Positions 26,063 to 40,435 of a DNA stretch of 64,000 bases are shown here, piece by piece. The number at the start of each line of letters is the position of its first letter. Position 1 is the first letter of the stretch. A program made the position numbers and the translations under genes. The notes beneath the pieces were generated by a model that ran no database searches, was not told the origin of the DNA, and was given only the letters and a program-made list of their open reading frames with translations. Source of the stretch: Octopus vulgaris (Eukaryota); the NCBI GenBank assembly GCA_951406725.2, contig OX597818.1:113088001-113152000 (forward strand). The letters are read 5' to 3'.

Positions 26063-27719
26063 GATGGAAGTGTGCGTAAATATATATTTATAAATGTTTA
26101 TTTATGTATATACGACTAGCTGAACAAACGATAGGAAACAGCGCTCATTTATTTAGCTTTGTAACTGGCGCAATCGCAGATTGATTCTGCCATTATTAAA
26201 AGTTTGTCGGCACAAAATATTTTATATCCTTAGATATTCGTCTTCAAAACTTTACCGCGTACACCTAACGTTGTGGAAGCCTTCAACGCCTTCCATATGC
26301 AGAGAATTCGTCCGCAACTCTTACTAAATATATATATATAAGTATCTGTGTGTGTTTTTGCAATGTATTAAACATGTTGAATGTCGTTTATATAAGACAC
26401 TCCTTTGTTAATAGACGAAAGTTAACTGAACTGATTCACACTAGAAAATTTACATTTATTAAGAATAATTTAATGAGTCGCTCCTTTGTTAGTTTGCACT
26501 CGACGCATCCGTAAAAAATACATGTATCTTCGCCCTAATTACATTTGGTAAATACAACGCATTAATAAGATTCCGGTTAATCTCTTATCCTCCATTAAAG
26601 CGTATAGAATAACTGCATGGGTTAGAGACCAGGTAGTTTACCTAGCGTCGCTGCTAGGTAAACTACCATCTTACATGGGAACTTTTCCAGCATATAATCA
26701 GAAACTTTGGTGTCGAGATTTGTAAGAGCTTATCCGTTATCATAGGAGATTTGGAATATTTTTATCGTATATTACGTTTCGTTATATTGAGTGAAAGGCT
26801 AGAATGTCAGAGCCAAACAACACACGACGAACGAGAAGAAACATTCTAATATTATTTACCTCGTTATAGAGTATGAATGCATTCAAACACACAAATAGAT
26901 CTCAGAGTTAAACCTATAGTAAACAGTAACGCGTGTAGCTATTCTTTATAAATATAAGTAATATGGTAAATATAATTGTTAAACTCCTGGCTAACAAAAT
27001 ACTTCTGTCGTTTAAAAAAACAACAACTTATTGTTGCATGCAATATAAGCCATGCCTAAAATATGCAGAGACTTTGGAACGTCAGTATTTCCCCTCATAT
27101 GTAAAAATTTTCACAGTTCGGTTGTCAATATGCAGCAGTAGCAACAATAATGAGAAAAATGACAAAAACAACAACCATTCAAGTGAACCATTGCTCAGCA
27201 TACGTGTATTGTGCTTGCGAGTGCGGCTGTTTGGGTATGGCTACGCGCATAACCACATCGAAGATTCCTCAGGTGTCAAGTTGATCCTAGGCTTGAACAG
27301 GATTTATACATTCATTACGAATCTACAAACTCATTGGTGTCGGATTATTCATCAACGTTTATCCTGTTACAAACGGATGAAGTTAAAAGCCAGCTTCAGT
27401 GGGTAACTGAATTGTACACGTTGATCTAATGATATTTAATGCTAAACAAAGTATATCTAAGAGCAGTTTAATGCATCAGAATTTGTCGTTTCAAAAAGAT
27501 GTCTCCTAACTCTAAATCAGTTTTTCACATTACCGATGCCCCTGTGTTATATTGATTGAACAGAATTCTGAATTTGATTTACTTCAAAGATTTTATTCAG
27601 CAGTATTGTGTAGAGACTCAATACTGTTCTTATTTTCTAGGATTATCTTACTCTGATCTCATTTAATTAGATGAAGTCTGCTAAAAACTGGCTAAACTTT
27701 AAAAAATTAATAATGTTAT

Positions 27720-29050
27720 GTCAATATTCATTATGTAGTCATACAAACAGTACTTGTACGCTGATCAGATTTCTGTCATAATTGACAGTTTTGTTTGTAG
27801 AGTTAGAAAGCATCACCGCTGCTGTTCTCGAAGCAAAGTGTATTTGACCAAAATTATTATCAGAAATCGGAGACCATTCGTAGCTTATTTAATGTTCTAA
27901 ATACTAATCCTGAGAGTAGGGTGATTGAGCATCGAGAGTTGTTTCGTGATTTCCTCCAATTTCTACAGATAAAATTAAATGTTCTCTGTCATGTTACAGG
28001 GCTCAGCTTTTTTGTACCTATGCCTCAGAACTTTGCCTTCGTACTAATTCTCTGAAATGCTTCCAGAGTCCAGCCAAGAATAGCCAGACATTGATCATCC
28101 GAGCTCGTGAAGCATTTCATGACAGACGACGTTCTTAATTGGAAATTATGATCTACATCACCTTGGGATTTAAATAAGTTTGATATATCATTGTTTAGTG
28201 AACAACGATAATACAAATCACTGCGGCAGTTCTTTGTTTCAATAACATAGCCGTACACCCACATTTTCATAATTATAATACCTTTCGAAAATTTCCCATC
28301 CGCATTCGTACGAGTAAACAGCTGCAGGAAGACTATGACTCGATTTATATTTGGCACAATTCGCAACGCAAACTATGCATTATTGGTATTTCTTTTTAAC
28401 GTTCCCATTAAAATCGAACGGCACAAAACTTTATTGCATCATACATATCCGAAAACTTCAGAGCAGACAAACGACTAACTTCACGAGTCAAGTCGCTCCG
28501 GGAGAAATGCTCAGCAGTAATTCGCCTGAGTTCAAATTCCGCCGAGGTCGACTTTGCCTTTCATTCTTTCGGGGTTGATAAATTAAGTAGCAGTTACGCA
28601 CTGGGGTCGATGTAATTGTCTTAATCCTTTTGTCTGTCCTTATTTGTCCCCTCTGTGTTTAGCCCCTTGTGGACAATAAAGAAATATATATAATGTGATT
28701 GTTGCATGTTATACTAGAATATCGTCCAGATTTGCAACTAACTTGTAACGTTTTGAATATTCACGTCATTGTTTTGGACTCGAAATAATGTTCGCTATGA
28801 ACGCGATACAAGTTATAAAGTATTCTGTGAAAGATTTCCGAATTTCAAACATAAATTCATAAACACGCTGACTTTCCTAACACTTCGATGTTTAATTTGC
28901 CAATTGCACAAAACTTTTGTTCATTCCTTAATGCGTCGATTACTATCAAAATGATGTGACGTGAGGTCTCTCTTATTAGACAGAAGGAAAATGTCTCCCA
29001 CGAACGTCTTTGCAGTCACTAGTAAGCGGCATTGGCTTAGAGCGCTGTTT
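27720..29050 (-). mobile_element. Highly decayed mariner transposon, interrupted by a family B SINE
   Basis: Minus-strand fragments occur in the expected order: ESQRV..RKSFTE (N-terminal HTH), TRTNADGKFSKGIIIMKMWVYGYVIETK (TGDETWVYGYDxETK motif), LWKHFRELVRRQSSEA, NHETTLDAQSPYSQD (PYSPD motif). Boundaries are approximate. Confidence 0.8.
28498..28686 (+). mobile_element. SINE family B with a head deletion
   Basis: GAGTTCAAATTCCGCCGAGGTCGACTTTGCCTTTCAT..GTTTAGCCCCTTGTGG..AAAGAAAT. Confidence 0.9.
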
Positions 29051-29164
29051 TTTCGGAGCAGATCACTTCAATATGCTAACCTTGATATATGCTTCGTTGA
29101 AAATTCGATTATATTAGGTCTTGTGGATCTAATATAATCTCACATCCCTTATTTGATTATGTCA

Positions 29165-29468
29165 TTAGACTATGGTCATGCTGGTGCACCGCCTTTTAGT
29201 CGAACCTGGTATTTCATCTATCCGTTGCGGGGACGAAACACACTAACACAAAATGTCAAATAGTAGTGGGGGGGGGGGCAAAATATAAGCACACACAAGC
29301 GCATGCACGCACACATACACACACACACATATATATTTATGCTTCCATCTACCAAATCCATTCTCACGGCCTTGGTCGCTATAGTAGAAGACACTTGCTT
29401 AAAGCTTACTGAACCCGCAACCAGGTGGTTCAAAAGCAAACTTCTTACCACATAGCAAAACCTGCGCT
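29165..29468 (-). mobile_element. Diverged, internally deleted SINE family A
   Basis: CATGCTGGTGCACCGCC, CTATAGTAGAAGACACTTGC and CTTCTTACCACA. Confidence 0.82.
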
Positions 29469-30854
29469 TATCTGAATAGGAAATTTTTCTTCAAATCCTA
29501 TTTTGGATGCAAGATTAGGAATATTCACACAATCCAACATTTCATGAATAGAATAATCCTATTAATTTCTTTACAGTTGCAGCAATTTCGATGTAGTCGC
29601 CCTTTGTGTTATTTTGTAAAGAGAATGTCGACATAAACCTGAATGCGTAATTTACCATTCTATATAATTGGTTCTTTCATTTTCAAAGTTTGCAAACAAT
29701 ATATACTCTGAATCTCGTAGCAATATTCCACATTGAAGAGATAACGGCAATTAAAATGCAAGAATAAACTAAAATATATTAACCACTTAAATATAAACAA
29801 ACATCAGTATATAATTTGAAATGTATATGTTCCACGCTTTTAATTGTTTTCCTGTTGAATTTCTTTTATTCGCTCGACATTTAAAATTAATAACCTCGCG
29901 TGGAAAACTCATCATGTAATCGTTTTAGTGGATATTTTGTGTCTTTGTTTTCTATATTTATATATCAATATAATTATAAATACATGATATTTATTATATA
30001 TACTTCTGGTAATACACTTGTTTCTTTATTTATTATATCGAATAGATTTTACGCTAAATGGTTTATGAAAGTATTACTGGAAGATAAAATCTTTAGAAGT
30101 AGATAATTTATTTATTATCACTAAATATTTAGAATTTTGAACAATTCTAAGACCATCGAATCAAGTATATTTGTGGCGACTGGTAATATACAGTCCGGCA
30201 TAAGACAGAAATCATATACTTATATATGCGGAGAGTTATATAAAAATAAGGTATGTGACTTTGCAGTAGCCATGCAGGGATTCGAAAGCAAAACCTCCAT
30301 TGTTATCTTGGAATACTCGAGCAGACTAATGGCAATGAATTTATAAGCACCCATCACTGCCAATAAATAAGCACATTCATACAATAAAGAAATTTAAATC
30401 TATTGATAGATCCAGTCACGTTGACAAAACGAAGAGAATTCACAACAGAATTATTGTTTATAATGCTATATATAACCCTAGCAAAACGAATGAACGTTTT
30501 GGTGCTTTAATCATATGCTACAATCTATAGAATGTAGCAATCAATACTCACTATTCCTATAGAGATATTGTTCGTAACGATTCCACTCTATCTCACTCCT
30601 ATTTGACGTTTGGGTGCTGATGGCGTTGATGGGAAATGACCACCGTTTTCATCGCCAAAAATCTTCTCCATCTTTTCATAGCATTGGGAATATAATACGG
30701 ATACTGATAACAGCAACAAAAATTATATCCATCTCTGTCATGAGAACCTCATTGCGTAGTTCGTGATTTCTTGACCTTTTTCGCAATGTCATATTATCTA
30801 AAGCAAGTTGCCTCTGAATATGTATTTTTTTTATCCATAACTACTTTACAAACT

Positions 30855-31008
30855 GAAATTCCCTGAGAACTACGTTAAGTTTCTGCGTGTCTGTGGAGCG
30901 CTTCACAATTTCTACTTTAATTTCATGAGGTGGTTGTTCTGTGGATCGCATCAACTACAATCCTCGTACAACTGGATAAGGTCTGACACTCTGACGGAGT
31001 GTCAGACC
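30855..31008 (+). mobile_element. Diverged 3' fragment of the SINE family at 31909-32288, ending in a hairpin
   Basis: GAGAACTACGTTAAG..CGTGTCTGTGGAG..TTAATTTCATG..ATCAACT..GACGGAG. Confidence 0.75.
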
Positions 31009-31459
31009 ATATCCCCTTGCACTACCCACATATCTCGGGTGGTGTATAGCCTACCTATCTACACCACCAAAGTTGATTCATGATTTGTACTCGAACTCTA
31101 TTGCAACATATTCTGTTTTCAGACATACGCTGACCAACTGGGTGCCATTAATACTAGTATTTCTCTTTCAGTGAGCATTACTGCCTGTTGATCTCAGACA
31201 TTTTGCCTTAATACTTTGCCCAAACATCCCATCTTATAACACTATACTTAGGACCACAACAGTACCCGCTTCCAATAGCTTCCGACTCGTCTACTACTAC
31301 TACTACTACTACTATTGCTAGTAGTAGTAGTAGTAGTAGTAGTAGTTTAAGATTTGGCACACACTTTAATACATGCAGATTGTTTTTGTCATGTGTGCCG
31401 GCTTAGTTCTATCAACGGGAAATTGACCTGTATATCTCTTCATTTCACTCAGTTTCAGA

Positions 31460-31548
<89 letters not shown>

Positions 31549-31850
31549 TCTTATTGTCTTTGAGTCTCAGAGCGTGTATATGTTTTTCGTTAATCAAGTA
31601 AATATTATAAAATACAGAATGACTTTTGATTCACTGCCTTTCTTTTGTGTTATTTGCTTTTTTGGTAAGCATGAAGTGGAAATATAGTTTTGTTACTTTG
31701 AATAAAAGATATTTATAGTATAATATTCTGAGCGAAATCTATGTTTACAAACTTTCGAACAAGTGTACAGGAATTGCAGACACGTACACATATACGTATA
31801 CATATATGTAAATCAATTCGAACCCACCCTACCCCACACATATACACGTG

Positions 31851-31885
<35 letters not shown>

Positions 31886-31908
31886 ATATATATGTGTGTG
31901 TGTTTAAT

Positions 31909-32288
31909 GGAGGCGCAATGGCCCAGTGGTTAGGGCAGCGAACTTGCGGTCATAGGGTCGCGGTTTCGATTCCCAGACCGTGCGTTGTGAGTGTTTATTG
32001 AGCGGAAACACTTAAAGCTCTACGAGGCTCCGACAGGAGGTAGGGGCGGTGGCGAACCCTGCTATGCTCTTTCACCACAAGTTTCTCTCAGTCTTTCTTC
32101 CTGTTTCTGTTGTACCTGTATTTCAATGGACCAGCCGTGTCACAATCTGGGTGACGCTGAATCTCCCCGAGAACTACATTAAGGTAACACGTGTCTGTGG
32201 AGTACTGAAGCATGTTAATTTCATGGAGCAGACTGTTCCTTTGACTGAATCAACTGTAACTCTCGTTGTCGTAAACGACGGAGCGCAG
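31909..32288 (+). mobile_element. tRNA(Arg)-like-headed SINE (octopus OR-type), tail type 1
   Basis: A-box TGGCCCAGTGG and B-box GTTTCGATTCC. The head and body are shared with 42745-43050 and 45923-46232. Confidence 0.9.
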
Positions 32289-32967
32289 TAGTAATGTGTG
32301 TGTGTATCTATCTATCTATCTCCCCCCTCTCTCTCTCTCTATATATATATATATACACCTGATCGATTTCCAATCGATAGAATTCTTTTTTTTTACTTGT
32401 ACCCAATATAACCGTATCAGGTTTACTGAAATTTTGTGTAAACAAAAAGTGAATAATTGAAAGATACTTGTAACAGATGTACACAGACTCAAACTTTACA
32501 GTGTTTAACTTCATGCTTTGAGTACACGCATATATCTATAAATAGGTAGGGGGAGTTTCTATAGTATTATAGCTTCAGGTTTTGGCCACATGCATATATC
32601 TATACATAAGCAACCGAAGTTTTCAGATCATCAAACTTGACGTGTCAATAATATCATTGATTTATCGAGAATATTTCGTAAACTTCACAATTGTATTCAA
32701 TACGTCCAAGTATACATGCATACAACCATGCATACATACACCCATGCATAAATATTTACATACATACATATTCATACAGAAGACTCCATTTGATTTTCGG
32801 TGTAACTTACAATTTCTTCAACGATATTGAAATATTGCGCTTCATAAAAAAAGAAATCTCGCTAAACCAGTGAAAATAGTAAAGGTTTTCTAATATTTAG
32901 ATGAGTAAAACTGAAGTGGGGCCCATACGGCCCTTGAAAATCTTATAAGATTTTTCAGTTAAAATGT

Positions 32968-33303
32968 ATTCTTTTATTTGTTTCAGTATTTGACTGCGGC
33001 CATGCTGGAGCAACGCATTTAGTAGAACAAATCGACTACAGGACCTATTCTTTGCAAGCCTAGTACTTATTCTATCGGTGTCTTTTGCCGAGCCACTAAG
33101 TTACCCGGGACGTAAACACACCAACATCGGTTGTCAAGCGATGGTGGGGGGCAAACACAGACACAAATACACACACACACGTATGCTACATATATATATA
33201 TATATATATATGTACATACATTTACGACGGGCTTCGTTTGGTAGGCCCGACGCTATAGTAGAAGGCACTTGCCCAAGGTGCCATACAGTGGGACTGAACT
33301 CGG
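32968..33303 (-). mobile_element. SINE family A, 5'-truncated with a small internal deletion
   Basis: Reverse complement of the family A body and tail. Confidence 0.9.
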
Positions 33304-34689
33304 AGCTTTCTCCCTAAACCATCCCACTTCTGTATTTTTGTTCCCCTGCTATGTAAATATACTAGGATGGTGAAAAATGAAATAAAGATCATATCCTGTA
33401 ATTGGAAAATATTCCTCTGTTATCATGGCTTGCTTCGTGATATTTCAAAATTTTGTAGAACTATCTGACAATTTTACTTAGAAAAAAGTACGTACGTTTC
33501 ATATGTGGATTTGATGCTACTGATAATAATTAATATCGTTCATTTTCAACTTAAACATAGAAAACCGTGTTTATCTAAAAATATTTTGAAAATATAATCA
33601 AGCAACAAAACTAAAGACACAGTCAGAACACGCGACTAAATGGACATTTGAAAATAAAATTATATTTGTGAAATCAATTAAAATAGATTTGAAGTCGTAG
33701 TTGTCTGGCAATGCCGTGTGTAACACCTGCTACAAGAAAACAAGAAACAGAAAATATCCAAATTCATAAAACGTTGGAAAAGTTTACGTTATATCAGTTG
33801 GTGCTATGAAATATCTAAAATTTCACGACTGTATACCAATGCTAATAAAATCATATAACAGTTTTGATGTGTATTATATTTTGATTTTGTTGCATATAAC
33901 ATAAATAATATAACACCTTCTCTACAGTGAAATATCATTAATTTTAAATTGTGTCTGTCTAATTTGATTGAAGATTTTATAATAAATGTAGCGATAAATT
34001 CTGAAATGTATTAGAAATTAATTTTTTTATGAATGAAACTAGACAAACAATTGATTAATCATATAAGTTTGTCACTCTTGTTAATATTAATGTTTCGTGG
34101 TTACATCTTACCCCCTTTTTTTTTTCGGTTTTATCATGGCAACTATTACTACCAATCTTTCTAATTTTTCTGTCATTATTTAAAGAATAACTTTATTATT
34201 TATCTACAATTTTGCTGCTGATTTTAATGACTTCTGCAAAACTTTCGGTCATATTACGCTGCATCAATCTTAATTATAATTTATAAGCTGTAATTCCTCT
34301 AAGATAAGTATTAATCATTTTCCAATAATAATTGATTGTATGAAAAGAAATTCTGGAAATATGTAATACAACAGTCGACGTTAGAATATGAATACACTGA
34401 GATTTGGTCAAATTAATTAAAATTGTTTCGGAATTTTACGATTTGGCATGCACGACTTATAAGATAAGTTGCTTATTTAAGAAATAGGAAATACTTTACA
34501 AAACAATGAACGCTAACGGCTGCCATGAATCAGTTGCGGATAAGTTAAAGTTGATATATGAATGGTGTTTGGAGGAGGATGTCAGAATTCTGGTTAAAGC
34601 TTTATTAGCGTGGACACTTTTTGAAATTGTTCAACAACAACAACAATACCGGCGGCAGCAGCAGCAGCACCTGCAGGTACAACACCGAC

Positions 34690-34860
34690 AACACACGCCA
34701 ACAAAGATACATTAGTTGTTCAGGAAGCTCTTTGAAGCAACGTATCTCTAACCACAGAGTTCTGGAAACGAGACACGTAACATCACTTGCCAGCCACGTC
34801 TGGCAACTAAGACACGATTGGATTCCATATTCATATATAGCAAATATATTGAAATGCCAA
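34690..34860 (+). mobile_element. Penelope-like element GIY-YIG endonuclease relic
   Basis: RYISCSGSSLKQRISNH...HVTSLASHVWQLRHDWIPYSYIANILK matches the PLE pattern YIGxTxxxxKxRxxNH...TxLSxHxWxLK. Confidence 0.7.
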
Positions 34861-34988
34861 ACTGGTTTGGAAAACTATGTTTTTCAATGACAATAGAAAG
34901 AGGGAAAGGTCGAGACAGATAGATAGTACAAAGAAACATTCAGTAAAACATGCTTATAAAATAAATTAGCGTCCTTTCGTCTTTTCGT

Positions 34989-35068
<80 letters not shown>

Positions 35069-35691
35069 CTTTAAGAACCTCAACGGGATATGGTTTTGAG
35101 TACTCGCATAAAAGTTCCTATGTTATGTCGGCTACGGTCTAGTGATTCCAAATTGCAACGTCATTTTTATAGAATCGTGCCGATATCACGTAGGATAAAT
35201 ATAGTAACCGTAATAAGAATAAACCATGTATGGAATCTATAAATATGTTTGTGTATCGCGTTACTACAAATCACGGGTTTTTTGTGACCATAGTTCGCAT
35301 ACCAGAGATGATTGCAATACAATTTGTTATATCCATGAACATTGCTTCCTTGTCCTGCAACATTTGAATTCATTACGGAAACACCTGCTATGCCTAAGGT
35401 CGAAGCCTCACCTATGCACACCACGCTAAAATGTGCACCCATAAATACGGAAACTAGTCAACCTTATAACACACGCCTCCCTCTCCTCTATTATTATTAT
35501 GTATTTTTTCTCTGACACTGTTTTCTCTTTCCTATGAACAGAGAACAAGTACACAATCTAGTTAGTACTATCATAGTAATTCCAGCCCACTCCTCTTATT
35601 GTCTATGTATACTTGCACTCGTGGTTAACCCAAATACACATAGTACCGCCCGCATACATCAATGAACTTTTTCAGTTGCTTTACGAAATCT

Positions 35692-35980
35692 TGAACGTAA
35701 CGGCAGACGAAACCCCGCTCAGTGTTTCGCCTGGTGTGCTAACGTTTCTTATTTCTTTATAGACCACAAGAGGCTAAACATAGTGGGGACAAACAAGGAC
35801 AGACAAAGGGATTAAGTCGATTATATCGACCCCAGTACGTAACTGGTACTTAATTTATCGACCCCGAAAAGATGAAAGGCAAAGTCAACCTCGGCGGAAT
35901 TTGAACTCAGAATGTAACAGCAGACGAAATACCGCTAAGCATTTCGCCCGGCGTGCTAACGTTTCTGCCAGCTCGCCACC
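35692..35980 (-). mobile_element. Full-length SINE family B (35750-35980) preceded by an older head fragment (35692-35748)
   Basis: Near-identical to 11536-11773. TTATTTCT at 35749 and 35981 is a possible TSD. Confidence 0.92.
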
Positions 35981-36743
35981 TTATTTCTCGAGTATCCTAT
36001 GGAAAAGTAAATAATACTCTGTTCTAAATTAGCCACCATTCTTTGATGCATGCCTAACAAGGCACAATATGTAGAAATATGTGTATCTGATTTCATGCTC
36101 GCACAACTGTTCTGCTATCTCGGCATGTAACTCCTTGCGCGTGTGTACGTACGCACGTGCGTGAACGCGTGCGTGTGCCCGTTAATCAACTTTGATCAAC
36201 TTTCAGTTTTACATCAATTATTTACATCTTCATATCTTTCAATGAGAATGAACTCATATGAATATATGGTACAAAAAACAATATTGAGAAAGAGTTATAA
36301 CTGTCAGACAGTATTTCAAACTAAAACACAGTTATTTCAATAAACTTTCCACAAATTATACGTGTGTGTGTGTGTGAGTGTGTGCGCGCGCCTTTTGTGT
36401 GTGTGTGCATCTATTACATGGGTATTTGTCACTGAGTGTGCGTGTTGGGTGTTTGTGTTTCTGTGTGTGTGTGTTTGAGTGTGTGTGTGTGTGTGTATGT
36501 GTGTGTGTGTGTGTGTGATTGCCACTCTGTCTCTACATAGATATTGATTTTTTTATACATCATCCAATTTTAATGAGGTATATGAGGTATATTTAAAAAT
36601 ATACTTAGTCATACATTTCGTTTTGTGTACTGCAATCATATGTATATGTGTGCGTGTGTGTGTGTGTGTGTGTGTGAGTGCGTGTGTGTATATGTGTATG
36701 TCTCGGTGTTCGTTTGTGTGTGCAACTATATATATATATATAG

Positions 36744-36910
36744 TTGGAATTTACAAAAAAGCAAACATAAAAGACGAAGACGGGTGTGTAAACAACAAAC
36801 AGATGTATTAGTTTAACGTTCAGGAAGTGAGACATTCTTTTACGTTTCGTGCCTACGCTCTTCAACAGAAAGGAACACAGAAATAAACAGGGAGAGAAAA
36901 TAAAATGAGA
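36744..36910 (-). mobile_element. Second copy of the hammerhead-like repeat at 7160-7347
   Basis: The minus strand reads CUUU CUGUUGA AGAGCGUAGGCAC GAAAC GUA AAAG at 36837-36872, and the copy is flanked by (TA)n. Confidence 0.75.
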
Positions 36911-37052
36911 GATAAAATATATATATATGCAAACACACATGCATATATATATATATATATACATAAATATGATATATATATAGAGAGAGATAGAGAGAGA
37001 TAGACATATATACATACACACACATACACACACACACTCACACTCACACACA

Positions 37053-37128
<76 letters not shown>

Positions 37129-37504
37129 GCCAGGACAAAATAATGGAAACACTTGAAAATTTCAAACATCAGTGCTGATATGAGAGAGTTAAATAGAGGG
37201 AAATAGTAGAATTCACTCTAAAAATTATGGTGGAAATGAAGAGATATATGAAGTATAAAGGGAAATATGAGAATAAAAAGGAAAATATATGATGGATGTT
37301 ACAGTTGCAGTTCCATTATCCAAGGAAAGTGCTGTGTAGAATGGGTAGAGAGGACGCTTATGCATATGTAAATTCCAATAGGAGTTCATATTCGAAATAG
37401 ATAGTGGGGAAACATTAATTCCATGTGCTGTTGAAAAGGATCTTGTAGTGTAAATGTAGTTTTGTGAATGTACTGGTAGAGGAAGTAATATATATATATA
37501 TATA

Positions 37505-37569
<65 letters not shown>

Positions 37570-39462
37570 ATATGTATATATGTATCACATTGCTTTAAAA
37601 ACTAAGAAATATTTTTATGGCTGTTTTTGCCAAGATGTGATATGTCCGAAATTTGTCTAAATAACTGCAACACTGAACAATGCCCAATACAATTTTCAGA
37701 AAATTTCTTTATTGAATTCTAAATTACATCATATAATCTGTGAGGTGTCACTCTTACACCCTACCGAAAATAATTGTCGATAACTTTTTTTCTTTTTACC
37801 TCAAACTCGCTTAGCTTCAAATAATTCACATTCGATTTGTATATTATGTACATTACAATGCAAATAACTGTATTTTAAATATTACTTGAGTATTGTTTTA
37901 ATTCTTCATGTTAACATCATTTTTGTTTTATAAGTCCATGAGATATTAATTCACTTTAGTTCCCCAAATGCCGAGGCATCTGTAAATTACTTCAATATTT
38001 CACTCAATTTTTTTTTTTTAGTTTCATTCAGTAATTCTTTTTCTTTTCGCTTTTGCGTTTGTCTCATAACTCAGACACGATAAAAAATGAAATAATTATC
38101 TTTCCATAAAAAAAATATAAATAATGCAACTGTCTGTCTACTTCATATTTTATTACTAAATAATATTTAAAGCATTGTAACAATGAGAGTAAATGAATGA
38201 GAAATATAATTGATGTTGCGTGCTACCAATAGAAACCAAGAAATCATATCAAGACTCTATCCGTTTTAATGGACAACTCTATAGAATCATATAACTTTTG
38301 TTTTCTTTCTTTATGTTTTCATTCGAAATTCGATAATGAATTAGGTTAACAATCCAAAGTTTCATAACATTTCAGAAATCTTGGTAGAAATCATGCAGTT
38401 ACGAAATTTTTACTGCATATACCACCGGGGGGACGTTATCTTAGTTTTGACGGTGTTACATACATGGATTAGCCATGAGAAATCATATGACCGTGTAATA
38501 ACTAGCACTTTCATAAAATTTGATGTTTTAGTCGTGTACTATCCACGCATACCAGATTTACAAGATCATTTATGATACAATGTAAGGATGTAAATGATGT
38601 TAAAATACACATTTCGGTGTATGCTTCTCATTAATTAAATAATGTTTGTCGTTGCTTAGAATATCTGACATCTTTTGTCTAGATAGCATCTGGATGATAC
38701 ATAAATGTGTGATATTATAAATAATTGAGAACTTGTGACATCTGCCTTGTAATTTTATTCTTACAATTATATTCTTAGAATTACATGGCAACCGTGGTCA
38801 GTAGTTGTAACATATGGCCTACATCAACACAAATGTCATACCTTCCATCGCTATACCATCCATCAAGTCACATTCACACTACCTGAATCCCATCGCTCTA
38901 TATGTCAATTAGCCGGTCTAATTATCTACACATCTTTTGATAGGTGTGAAATTTTATCTTATCAATTAGTCACTGGCTCATATTTGGAGGAGCGAATTTT
39001 TTTTTATTTTTGTTGAACAAACATTTTTTAAATAGCGAATCACAATAATCAGTTTCATCTTTTATAATTTTAGGTGATTTCACCATGTTTCTATGTACAA
39101 GGAGGACCGAAATATTTACAAGGTGATTAAAACTTCCCAGTATCTTTAATATGAACCTGCTAAACATCGAGCAGGTCTGAGTTTACTTCAGCTTGTTAGT
39201 ATACATCGCCAATCCCTGTATCCTTTTCTTAAGGTATTCTGCAAAATTCAAATATTCGCCACACCATTCATGCACCTTCCAAATTAATATATTAATCCCC
39301 TCGGCCACAGTTTTCTCAATAGCTACGCACCTCAGATATTCCAATTTAGTTTCTCCGTTATTTCTGCCTTTCATAGCGTCAGTCGCTCGTGAAACTCCGG
39401 GAAATAGAACAAGAAGTATGTTCTATTAAACTATTTTAACGCAATAAACTTTCGGTAATGAC

Positions 39463-39519
<57 letters not shown>

Positions 39520-39553
39520 CATATATATATATATATTCTTGTAAAATGATAAA

Positions 39554-39780
39554 AATGGTATTTTATACAAGCTTAAAGCTTATGGCGATCACCGTGCAAT
39601 TCTCTTGTGCAATGGTAACACACTTAGTAGCATTAACAAAGAGATGTGCGTTCGAGTTCCACGCGGATAGGAAAGCCTACTTTCTTCTGTCGAGGGCTTA
39701 TATAACGTTTTATTAAACCACTTTCCTTAGTCGTTGCACGGTGACTGCCATAAGCCTTCTGCTTATATAAAAATACCATT
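39554..39780. mobile_element. 227-bp element with ~46-bp imperfect terminal inverted repeats, lying between (TA)n tracts
   Basis: AATGGTATTTTATACAAGC..GCTTATGGCGATCACCGTGCAA versus TTGCACGGTGACTGCCATAAGC..GCTTATATAAAAATACCATT. Confidence 0.8.
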
Positions 39781-39824
39781 ATATATATGAATATATACAT
39801 ACATATATATATATACATATATAT

Positions 39825-39933
<109 letters not shown>

Positions 39934-40254
39934 TATATATACATACATACTACATTCAAGATACAATACAAAAGAATAATTTTAAAATATATAAAAATAA
40001 GTTCGAAGCGAACTGAAAAAAGTGTCTTGTACGGTATTTTAATGCTTTTGAATCACGTATATACATAAGTGTGTGTGTTTGTACATGCATATAAAAATGT
40101 ATATCTATATGAATATATTTGCGTGCAATTATGTATAGGCATATTTGGAAAAATTGTCACGAATCCAGTAAGCTTTCAAATGAGATACATTCATTGTTAA
40201 TAAAACGCGCGCAACACGTTACTACATATCCTACATATATGTATACACGCACGC

Positions 40255-40384
40255 ACATATACATACTTACATATATATATATATACATACATTTACATAT
40301 ATATATATGTATGTATGTATGTATATATATATGTATGTATATATATATATGTATGTATATATACATACATATATACATACATAT

Positions 40385-40435
<51 letters not shown>

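Noticed and set aside
27980-28138. Apparent splice acceptor (TTCTCTGTCATGTTACAG) followed by a 45-codon open frame on the + strand
   Set aside because: The opposite strand is explained as a decayed mariner transposase.
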